Of a stretch of DNA of 64,000 nucleotides, positions 53,637 to 64,000 are shown in pieces (within the stretch, counting starts at the first letter, position 1; every line of letters starts with the position of its first letter). The position numbers and the translations under genes are program-made. The DNA is from Octopus sinensis. Lineage: Eukaryota. The stretch spans positions 868,001 through 932,000 of the forward strand of contig NW_021829832.1 in assembly GCF_006345805.1 (NCBI RefSeq), in the 5' to 3' direction. The notes beneath the pieces are model-generated. The model searched no databases, had not been told where the DNA came from, and saw nothing but the letters and a program-made list of their open reading frames with translations.

Positions 53637-54288
53637 TCAGTCATTCTCTAAAATAATAAAATATAAACGTAAAATGGTTTGTGAATATTTACCGTTTATT
53701 TTCCTGACACATACGGGAAATTTTTTCAGGACACACTTTTGATAATGAAGACATTTCACATTTTGACAGGACTCTGAATATAATTCAATAATGCATAACC
53801 GTAGCATTTTCCGAAGTAGTTAGTTCGAATGTATTTTTTTCTGAGACACTGCATGTATACCAATTCACATAAATTCATAAAGGTCTCATTACTATCCGAA
53901 CAAAGGCTCAATTTTGTTTTAGTTTTGCAAGTTCTACATTCACAGACACTTTCTCCGTTTTTAATAACGCATTGTTGGTCTTCCGAGCAAACAATATTTC
54001 CACATTTCCCTGTATTCGTACACTGGCAAATACTTTCACACAACTGCGCGTCTTCAGGGCGGAGTAGCAAATATTTAAAGAAGTTCATTCCGTCGAGTGG
54101 AATTTCGGAGAAGTGATAGTTGACATCGGAATCTCTTTCAAGAGAACAGCACTCAAATTTGGAGATATCACTCATGACAAGTACGTTATTGTCGACGTCT
54201 GATAGAAGCCAACAGTATCCACCTATTTTTTATTAGTATTGGGCATACAAGAAACTGAGCTTATTGCAAACAGAGCATGAAAGAACAT
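53637..54288 (-). CDS. FST: Follistatin-like secreted protein, truncated after the start of FS2 (3' end approximate)
   Basis: Signal exon MFFHALFAISSVS plus a phase-1 26-nt intron; N-domain GYCWL...SKFECCS; FS1 (CGNIVC...C...CEC) and Kazal (LCSDSNETFMNLCEL...C...YFGKC); then ESCQNVKC...C...VCV and a stop. Confidence 0.8.
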
Positions 54289-54779
54289 TGTGTGAACGGC
54301 AATTACTACTTATTTTATAGTCAGAGAGACGTACTTTAGATGATAGACATTGATTACTCACTTCACCACAATTGGTGTTTTAATCATATTTAAAGCCTAA
54401 AGTTCACAGATTAGAAAACACCGGTTTAATGGAAAAAGTCTAGAAAAAGAATATGTTTTTATTATCCAAACAAGAAAAAATATCCGACAAATTAGCGTTT
54501 AGAGAGCTTGAAAACGAGAACCACAAAGGTCTCAACTGCAGTTTTGCCCTGGGAGATTTTTCTTATCTCCATCAACAAATTCTGACTTTGGATAGGATCG
54601 CGTCTATTGTGTCACTGCTCCGACATGTAAGTTTTCTAGAGGACTGCTGAGCTCCAGGCCAAATACCATTTGATCGCAAATCGTCTAGTTTTTTCAAGTT
54701 TGGCGATTAGACGGTTCCTTTCGTCCGTTTAAATACTTCTCCAATTTATATATTAGTAAGGGCTAAACCCAGGTCCGGT

Positions 54780-55935
54780 AAACGTGAAGAAACGTTTCCG
54801 TGCTAGAAGGAAAACGCCTCAGTCCTTTTAGGATCTTCGCACATTGTTCACGGTTTGCGTCCACATGTAGTTTTTAGGACCCGGTAGTGTCTACTGTTAC
54901 TCCCAAGTAATCTTCGAAAGTCGATTTTTTCTTACGAACCATTGAAATCCAACAAATAATGCCTTTTTCATGCGCAAGATTCAAGCCTTTCCCATTGAAC
55001 CAGATTTCTAGTTCCTCCAAGTACGGTTCTAGCCTGCTCCGGGGCATCGAGCCATTCGTAACCAAGATAGGAAAATGCGGTTTCGGGACGTTGGTCAGCA
55101 ATATATTGAAGAGCATGGGCTGAGAACAGATCCCTGAGGAACCCCTCTTTGAGAGCAAATTTCCACGACAAATGAACGATTTTCTCTCCCACAAGAAACT
55201 CTCTAGCAACCTGACAGTTTTCAGTCTAGCATCCGATTCCGTCACTTTTTCTAACAACCCAAAGTACCAGACTTCGTTAAAGGCCTTGCAGACATCCAAG
55301 CAAACTGCCGTAAGGCAAGCTTTATGAAGTTTGGCAAAAGACAATTCTTCCTCAAGAAGCAAGAAACAGTAACCGGTTGATCGACCAGGTCTAAATCCTT
55401 ATTGTTCTTCCGCAAGTATATTATTTTGTTCATTGTAAGCCTATAAACGATTGAAAATGATTTTTTCCATTATCTTCGAGGTTGTGCAGATAAGGCTAAT
55501 CGGCCAATAGTTTCCTGCATGCGTATTCGGTTTTTCAGGTTTTTGGACCATTCAGACGATCGTCCGTTTCCAGTCAGCTGAGACATGATCATTGTCCCAA
55601 CTGGCATTGCATAGTTTTATCGGAATACGAAGCAGGCATTCGGGTTCCTTCTTGAACATCTCCATAGGAATAAAGTCAAATCCAGATGCATTGTTCATAA
55701 CCTCTGATTGCTCTGATCGTCTCTTTCGTGGTTATTTCCTTGCACAAGGGTCCATTCAATACATATTTCCAGCGGGAATTCCGAGTCGACTCCTCGAATA
55801 TTTCCCGAGGCAAGATTGGCGAAAGGTACACCTCCTGAATCAATGCTAGCTGCTGACGGAAGAGCTTCGGGACTTCCTCAGTAGCAAAAAGTCTAAAAAA
55901 TTTTTTTGATGTTACTATAGTATTATAGTTCTTCA
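54780..55935 (-). mobile_element. Degraded APE-LINE RT, related to 48700-50060
   Basis: GPLCKEITTKE, GFDFIP, NYWPISLIC, CLDVCKAFNEVWYFGLL. Confidence 0.8.
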
Positions 55936-55992
55936 CTTGTGTTCAGCAAGCATCTATATCATTTCCAGATCGATTTTGATAATTTTGATATC

Positions 55993-56165
55993 AATTTTGA
56001 CAATTTGGGAGTCCTCAGTCCAAAAACTAAAAAATTCCTTATTGAACTGGGGGACCTGGCAAGCAGAAGGAGAAACGATCATCGAGGATAGACATGGCTT
56101 TCCAAGCGCATATCAATAGTCATCTTGCGTGGGAATTGCCATTCCATCTTATCCTCTGTTGCTAA
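55993..56165 (+). mobile_element. CRE-clade 3' fragment (subfamily C)
   Basis: GVLSPKTKKFLIELGDL...KRISIVILRGNCHSILSSVAN*, close to 47830-48125. Confidence 0.75.
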
Positions 56166-56179
56166 TTAAATACGTGTCA

Positions 56180-56800
56180 AAATTGATCTAAAAATTCTGA
56201 CAAAATACAAAAATTTGACAAAGCGATATTTACTTTTGACACTTTGGCATCAATTTTGACAATACCACATTAAATTTTGACAATGCGATATTCAATTTTG
56301 ATGCTTCTTTCATCAATTTTGACATTTTTTATGTTAATTTTGACTTTTGACGATTTGTCATTTATTGTATATTTTCTGATTCGCCGTTCTTGTACGAATT
56401 TTATGTCAAGAAAAAATTCAAGAGTATCAGAAGCTACAAGAAGAGCACTTATAAATAAGGATGAAGAGGGTTGCGATTATATACAGCTTGCTCGTGATCT
56501 TAGAAAAAGTTAAAAAACTTTACTGCTTCAAAGAAAAAAATAAATCGAAAAAAAGATTTTACCTGCAAATCTGGGTATGGAGGAATACTTTGCTGCAAGT
56601 AGAAAAAATATTGGGGATTCCTGCGTATTACACTATCAGAGGTGCTAGATGCGGATCTCAAATCAATCAACAGCAGGCTCAAAACCAATGAGGAGTTTAG
56701 GATGTAATAGGTAAGGATGGATAAGGATTGTCGAGAAAATCGTTTCAAGTACGGAACATTAAATACTTTTTTGTCGACAGACAATACTTTTTTGTCGTAT
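56180..56800 (+). mobile_element. Probable IS630/Tc1-like transposon 5' relic with TTTTGAC subterminal repeats
   Basis: Many (AA)TTTTGA(C/T) motifs, followed by the HTH-like MSRKNSRVSEATRRALINKDEEGCDYIQLARDL; frame broken afterwards. Confidence 0.45.
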
Positions 56801-57495
56801 GTAAAATATCACAAACGTTATATAAATTTTCTTTCTCGTTTGCTATGTCGTTTAAGCTTTTGTATGTAAAAGATCATTTTCTTGGTTGCTTTATGTAGTC
56901 GATGTATATTTGATGTATATTTGCTAGAGAAAGTGATTTTCTTTATTAATTTTAAGACGCATAAAATGATTTTTAATTTTTACTGGTAGTTTGATAATTT
57001 ATCATTTCTTTTGAACTGACGCTACAAGGGTGTTTGTGTTCTTAGATGGCTATATCGTTAACTTTTCCCTTGATGTTATGTGGTTTAGGTGTTCTGGTGA
57101 TATATTGAAAGTGAATTCTAATCACATCAGTGAATAATTGTTTTAATATTATCATAAATTATCTCACCAACCAAGAGAGTCCTTTAAAGGGGCGACTCGA
57201 GAGATTCCTTTTGGCTTCTTCAACGCCTCTCCGTAAGACTGGGAGAGCGTCCTAAACTGCGTAGTCTTGTATGTTATTGACGTCTGTTTTTTTTCTGTAA
57301 TATTTTAAAAAAATAGTAAAAATCTCCCCAGCGATGTCAGACTCAAGGCGACTCATCATTTAAATTTTAAATTATGTCATAACACGGCCGACAAATAAAG
57401 TGTGATCTTTATGTTCGGGTTAACTGTCAAAATTCAAATTTAGTGATTCTGAAGTTCAGATTTTATCTCCATCCTTAGTAATAATCGAAATTGTT

Positions 57496-59212
57496 TTAAT
57501 TCCAATGCCAACTCTCAATCTGCTCTAAATGGGACTGAATGCGTGCCCAGAATATCTTCTCTGCATTTTTGTAGGAAGTTAGTTCTCTAGACCAGAAAGG
57601 ATCAATGGACAAATGAATTTCCAGAAGGAACGTGGATTATCTATTGTCTGATTAAGCAACTCCAGATCTTTATCGGATGTTTCCGGTGTCCAAACAGTCA
57701 GTGTTTATTGAAATTATGGATCTCTGTAGTGACTATCGGACGATCAAATCCTTGATGCACTGTCTGAATAGTTATTCATATTCTTTATCGAAGCTTTAAA
57801 CCCTCTCAATTCTCAGCTCTATATTACCCGGCTCTCTGCCAGATTTTTTGACAGCTGAAATGCACCACTTTAAAATACTCGTCGATCTGTGTCGTAACTC
57901 TCGACAGTTCGGGGAACATTGCCACCAAATATCTTTTTACGGTTACCCTTCTCTTTTCGAAATCGAGGATTGTGCTTATTTACTTAACCACAAGTTCTAA
58001 TTTCCTACAAACATCACGCTCTCCGAGTTCTAGCCACATACTTCCTTTTTCCAGATCGCTGCCAAAATCAACACATTCGTAATTTCCTAAAACATTGGCT
58101 GAAACGCATTTCTTATAATTCGCTGGAGGATGAGCTCGACGCCACGTTCTATTCTATACTTATTCTCTACGCCAGCAATTCTGAAGATTGTCCTAAATTT
58201 TATCAACTTATGAAGCGGGCCCTCCAATTTGTCAAATTTCATCACACGGACAGTTTTTCAGACCCTTATTAACATTCTAGTGTATAATCTTAAGAGTCCC
58301 GTCTTCGCAATTGTACCCTATCGTCTTATGGTTCAATTTTCTAAGGGGTTACGCCGATTTGAGCAGGTTCATTATCTTTTTATATTTCTAAAGAACGTGA
58401 AGACTAGTCCCAGAATTTTATCGTCCTTGGTAAAGGTGTCGGCAATGAGGTGTGAGACGGTCAGCTCGGAGGTAGCCAGATTGTTATCATTGTTAAAACT
58501 AACTCCCCCATTTCTCTTCGAAGGAATGTCGTCGATTGGGACATCAAGGACACAAAAAAGTGGCTCTCCATAATTAGTTTGAAAAGTTTAGTTAACTGAA
58601 GGTTTTTTGCCGTTTTCGTCAATTGAGACCAGAAATGTGTCTTCTCGAATTTTGAACGAAATGCTTCTTAATGGATAGTTGTCAGATTTGCGGAACGTTC
58701 TTGTGCTAGATCTCTCCCTCCCTTTACTCAAAAATCGGTTGTGTGTCCTTAATTTTGTCCAGTTTCCGAAAAGAGTTGAATTTTCTGAGAAAATGGACTA
58801 GAAGGACTACCGAGGCGTCAGACACAATGTCCTCTGAATCGCGGAAATTTGCTCGGTTTTCTACATCCGACGAGGAACGATTGTCGAACGGGACACGCAG
58901 TGCGAAGATCGAGTACCCGTTTAAATAGTTTCTTAAGGGTTAGGATACACCAAATAACTGTCTTTTTTTCGAAAAAGGTCTAATTAAGCCGATTGCGAGT
59001 AGTACTCCGCAACAATTTCCCTATTTTGATGTCTTTATATCATATCGCCGTGACTACGGTTCACATATTGCTAGGTGGCCTTGCATACTGATGCTGACAG
59101 TCTTTGGAATTATATACTCGGAGCTCGGAGGGTTCAAGTCGTTCCTGTACGTGAGGACGCTCAACTTTGAGTATGTCTAGTTTATGACTTTGAAATATAC
59201 GACTGTAGCCAT
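57496..59212 (-). CDS. Unidentified multi-exon protein-coding gene
   Basis: Series of protein-like open segments separated by 22-35-nt GT-AG candidates (e.g. FPELSRVTTQIDEYLKWCISAVKNLAESR; ...PRSFWKFICPLILS/EKIFWARIQSHLEQIESWHWN*); full model unresolved. Confidence 0.55.
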
Positions 59213-59414
59213 ATATGCTATGTTTAAAAAAAACATTTTAGTCATTTTTAGATTTGTTGACATAATTTGTAATTTCCAATAATCGGGATCGAATATTAAT
59301 GGGACGTTCCTAGACTGGGAAAATTAAAATATATAATTTAATGTAATTGGTCACTTGAAATTTAATATTTTTATATCAATAAAAGATTTTAAATAACTTA
59401 ATTTTATAATTCGT

Positions 59415-60193
59415 ATGAGCTATCTTTCATCAGAAAATACAAATTCTACTGTTATTTATGAGGAGGAGGGCTTTGAGGTTTAATAGCAAAAAGTCGATTA
59501 ATGAGGAAATGATTAGTCAGACAGTGGGTCATTTGAGAAAGCGATGATCACTCTCGCTCATTGTTGCAATGACCACTGTCTTTTGAACTACCAAATAACT
59601 GAGCAGAAACTCTTAATTGAACAACTTGAGAAATTTATTAAGAAAACAAATTTTGATATTTCATATATATCTCAAGTTATGTCAGGTTGATATTTTTAGG
59701 AGATTAGGTTTATCCGATCAGTACAGAAAGGATTAATCTTTTACAATAAGCAATTGAGTGAAAGAATTGCCCAAATCGAAGTATTTCCGTTTCAATTAAG
59801 CGATTAAGGTGTTGACAAATGTCCCGAACAGAAAAATGAAAATAAATGATTGGCACGATTTGGGTTAGTAATACATTTTAATTAGATTCCATTGTTTCAA
59901 GCATGTTTGAGGAGTGTCGACAACTTCGAATGAAGGTTAAATTAACTGGTGATACATTAACTACTCATACTCTCAGGGGCCACGGAAGACCGTTTCAAAA
60001 CGATTGAAGACGCCTTCATAAAACTGCAAACCTGCGTCTGGTCGTTACAAATACGATTAGAGGACAATCCTGTGGGGGTGGATACATTCCAGAGTGAATT
60101 GGCAAATTTGCAGTGTGAGGTTACCTCGTTAGATTATTGCAGTTCTCTATGGCAATGGAAGCACTGGTCGAGACGGTGAACACAATTGTATGA
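59415..60193 (+). CDS. Unidentified helical/coiled-coil protein gene (about 200 aa), multi-exon
   Basis: A stop-free translation can be assembled through six GT-AG introns: MSYLSSEN.../FEKAMITLAHCCNDHC.../IRFIRSVQKG.../GATEDRFKTIEDAFIKLQ.../FSMAMEALVETVNTIV*. Confidence 0.6.
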
Positions 60194-60282
60194 TTTAACA
60201 CATTTCTTGTGACTAACCTATGTTATTTACTGTAGAATCAATCAGCCGTTTCTATAGTATTAGTATATATAGGCGTAGTAAA

Positions 60283-63200
60283 ATGAATTTGGCAGAGTGC
60301 ATGGATACGAGGCAAGCCAGTCTTGTTACCAACTTGGAAGGATTGAGTGTGTCCAGCATTGCACACTCCTCCAAAAATATATCACTTGCCTTGGAAGATA
60401 GCGTACAGCTGATTTTCCTCTTTTAGAATTCGGCCCTCACCAAGTGGATTACTACCCATTTCACGCGCAGTCGATGTAAACGATTCGTTCCACTCGACAC
60501 GTTGATACATGTGCTAATTCTCACAGAAATCCTACTCTATGTTTCTGCAACAACTCTATGTCACAACATACCAAAGCTGCTATTAATCGAGCAGCTTCTT
60601 TTCCATGGCACCCTCAAGAGGACACGGAAGCAATTCCTACTGATGCATTCGGGGAAATTGAGTTTTCCGGATATGGCAGTCGACTAGCTAATGTACATGT
60701 CTACGTGTAACATCTAGTATATTTGCATAAGACAAAATACAGACATGGATTTGATGATCAAGCTGTTTTTAGATGTCTGGAATGTTCCAAAACCAAACCT
60801 TCTTATCTCGGTGACAGGTGGGGCCAAGAGTTTCACTATGGCCCCGAAACTGAAAGACATTTTCAGAAGTGGACTAACAAAGGCCGCGACCAGCACAGGT
60901 AAAAATTATCTTCATCTTTTAGGAGCATGGATCATAACCGGAGGAATGAACGCGGGGGTGATGAAGCACGTAGGGGAAGCGATAAAACAACACAACCTCA
61001 TGTCTAACAGCAATAAGAAAGTACCCTGCATTGGAATAGCCCCGTGGGGATGTGTCGGACTCAGACACCAACTGATATCCCCTGTGGTGAGTGCCTTCTT
61101 TAATTATCAGGGAAAATGGCCAGCCTCTTATAGAATGACCGACGTATCAAACCTTCACAAGAACGAGACACTTTTGGACGACAATCACACGCACTTTTTA
61201 TTCGTCGACAATGGCACATGCCACAAGTACAGAGTGGAGATCGAGTTCAGGGCAAAATTTGAACAACATCTTACGAACATGAAAACGTCGAAGGAAGGTG
61301 ACTTTGAGCATCTAATTCAGGGGGACTGCGAATTCCAATCATTCTGCTCGTATTAGAAGGCGGGATCGGGACGCTGGAAACGGTGGCAACTTCTATAAAG
61401 AGGAGAACTCCTGCTGTAATTGTCGAGGTAGTTTTAATAGCTTAAATGCAGGGATCGGGAAGGGCTGCTGACGTGCTGGCCAAGATATATTACAAAATGA
61501 CAAGTCTCTTTTCTCATTAATTTAAGGCGACATGGGAGTCCATTTGCACGAATTCATAAAAAATCTGATTCAAGTCGAGTTTGGATCAAAAAATATCGAC
61601 GATATGGTCGAATTTGCTAAGAACTGTTTCATAAACATGGATTTGATAACAGTCATTAGTCTTAAAGAAAACGACGAGATCGACACTGCATTGTTGAAGG
61701 CGCTATTTACAGGTCTGCCCAACATAACGACCCAAAAGCGAACAAGGATCACGCGATTACTCAACTAAAGTTAGCCCTTGTTTGGGACAGAATCGAAATG
61801 GTCCGAAACGAGTTTCTTTTTTCCAAGACTGCCTTAATCGATGTACATCACAAAGTGTTCATTTTAGTTGGAAGAAGTCCTGCACTCGGCCATTCTCCTT
61901 GGGAGAACCAGGTTTGTTAAGTTCATATGCGAAAACGGAGTTGATTTGAAGCATTTCCTGACTGCGAACAGACTTGTCCGACTATATAATCAGGTGAAAG
62001 TCAAGACTTTACTGATTAGATTCCGCCGCGTTGCCAGCTTGCAACTCTTTTGCAAAAGTCGAAAAGAACTGGTTTTCTTTGGTCAATCTTTAGTGCTACG
62101 GAGACTATGTTTCCTTGAAGGACGTTGGTCTACTCATTCAGCATATGTTGGGAGAGTTTTTTAAGCCTCTATATTTGACGGATTCCCGATACTCGCAATT
62201 AGACGCTAACTTTATAATGCGGACATATCAGAGAAGAAGGGGTTTGGTCTTCTAATCATTTAGACGACGCTTCGTTTGAGGTTGACGATCCCTATCAAGA
62301 GTTGTTCATTTGGTCAGTTTTGATGGGACGCGTCCTTCTAGCACACTACTTTTGGCTGGAGGGGAAGGCAGGACCGAGTACTAACTCACTAGACGGGTGT
62401 CATGGCTCCTTTATTCGCGTCTTCATTGTTATGTAAACTCAGCAAACTGACTAACGACCACGAACTCGCAGCATTTTACATATCTTACAAGCAGTAAAAT
62501 TCATCTAACACTACTACAGTACGTATATCGAGTTAGCTTTGGGAATCATCAATGAGTGTTGGAAGTGCGACGAACAGAGAGCCCATCAAGTCATTTTGAG
62601 GGAACTTCCACACTTTGGAGAATGCAGTCCGTTAACAATCGCATTCCGAACCAACAACAAGGACTTTGTAGCGCACTCCTGCACTCAGTCGTTACTGACC
62701 AAAATATGGATGGGCACCATATCGGAAGACACATCCATATCTCAAGTTATAATGCAATTTTTAGTCTTAGCTTATCCTGTGTAATTTTTTGCCCATCGTG
62801 ATCCCATTTTTCATTAAATTTGACCACCCCGAAACATTAAAAGTTGTGAAAATTCATTAATTTCCCAGAATACAAAGAGCATCGACATGGTGAAAGACAA
62901 GCCACCACTATTAAATAAAGTGACTCGATCAGTCGAGAAAATCAAGAAATTCTACTCGGCTCCGGTGATCATTTTCATGTCAAATTGCGTATTTCTAAAA
63001 TTTTCATCGAAGTTCAACTACTTCTTGTTTCTGCTGCTTTACAGTTATGTGCTGCTCGTGGAGTATTCTAACGTGTTTTCCATCATCGACCTGATTCTCT
63101 CGATTTTCGTGGCGAGTCTCTTTGTTGAAGAGTCCCGCCAGGTGCTGCCCTAACTAATTCGCAGTTTTTGTCAGGAAAGAATATTGGCCTCAAAACTAAG

Positions 63201-64000
63201 CTAAAAGATTATTTCACGGACTTTTGGAATATATTAGACTTTTCGAGTGCAATCATCTTCGCGGTGGGACAGTCAATTCGGTTTTCGTCTTACTGCTCCT
63301 TCAACAACCCGACGTGCTTCGATATTGCCAAGACAATTCATTCAATTTCGCTTATTATATTCTTTATTCGGCTCCTGCACATATTCTCTGTAAATAAACA
63401 CTTGGGCCCAAAGGTGATCATGATCGGAAAAATGGTGAATTTTTGGCCTGATTATTTGAGGTGGTGGATCTCATTATTTTCGCGGCCATCCTCATGGTCT
63501 TTATGGTTTCGTTCGCCATCATTCAACACGCAATTCTCTACCCCAATTCGGAACTGACCTTGAAACTGCCTTTCTCAGTCTTCTCAATGGCCTATTGGCA
63601 GATTTTCGGGGAACTCTTCCTTTCAAAGATCCAGGGTACCAAATGCCGGATCAACTCTTCCCTAGCAACAGAGGTGTCAGGGACCTGCAGTTTTAATAGC
63701 AGTCTTTATAACACGGGACAGATCTACCGGTGTCCATCAACAAGCGGGGTTTATGTTATTCCCATTCTTCTTGGATTCTACCTAATATTCACAAATGCAC
63801 TGATGCTCAATCTACTCATTGCCATGTTTAGGTAACAATGATTGACTACATTAAGCTACACTTTTACGAAGATACAGGAATCCACCGACAAGCATTGGTA
63901 TTTTCAGAGATATCAACTTATCTACGAGTACTACAACCGCTCCAACCTGGCTCCTCCCTTCATTCTCCTCTCGCACTCGACCGCACTCATTCAGTTCATC
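60283..64000 (+). CDS. TRPM: TRPM cation channel, 3' end beyond the window
   Basis: [95 protein letters not shown] and the TRP-box W.FQRY. Confidence 0.95.

Overview
This is eukaryotic, animal DNA from a very compact genome. Intron-rich host genes with tiny GT-AG introns (mostly 22-31 nt) sit between dense, nested transposon debris. Recognisable host genes: SLC34 Na/Pi cotransporter, WDR34/DYNC2I2, GINS1, NVL, a TMEM272-like gene, a Rho GTPase, ING3, a 4-repeat protocadherin, a ZFP36/TIS11 CCCH protein, SDF2/SDF2L1, TBL3/UTP13, a Diaphanous formin, a truncated follistatin and a TRPM channel that runs off the window. Several orphan genes are also present. Introns of about 25 nt plus metazoan genes and an IFT-dynein subunit best fit a dicyemid mesozoan; this is an inference and no database search was run. 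Mobile DNA includes CRE-clade and R4/Dong-like RLE retrotransposons, several APE LINE families, Buster-type hATs, a Merlin, Tc1-like relics and intron-containing rve-integrase (Ginger-like) elements. The most striking signal is that 5' junctions of RLE retroelements repeatedly carry copies of nearby sequence: a 142-bp copy of neighbouring DNA, a perfect 28-nt copy of a WDR34 exon, and short stutters of the element itself. Gene models were assembled by hand, so exon boundaries and some starts are approximate.
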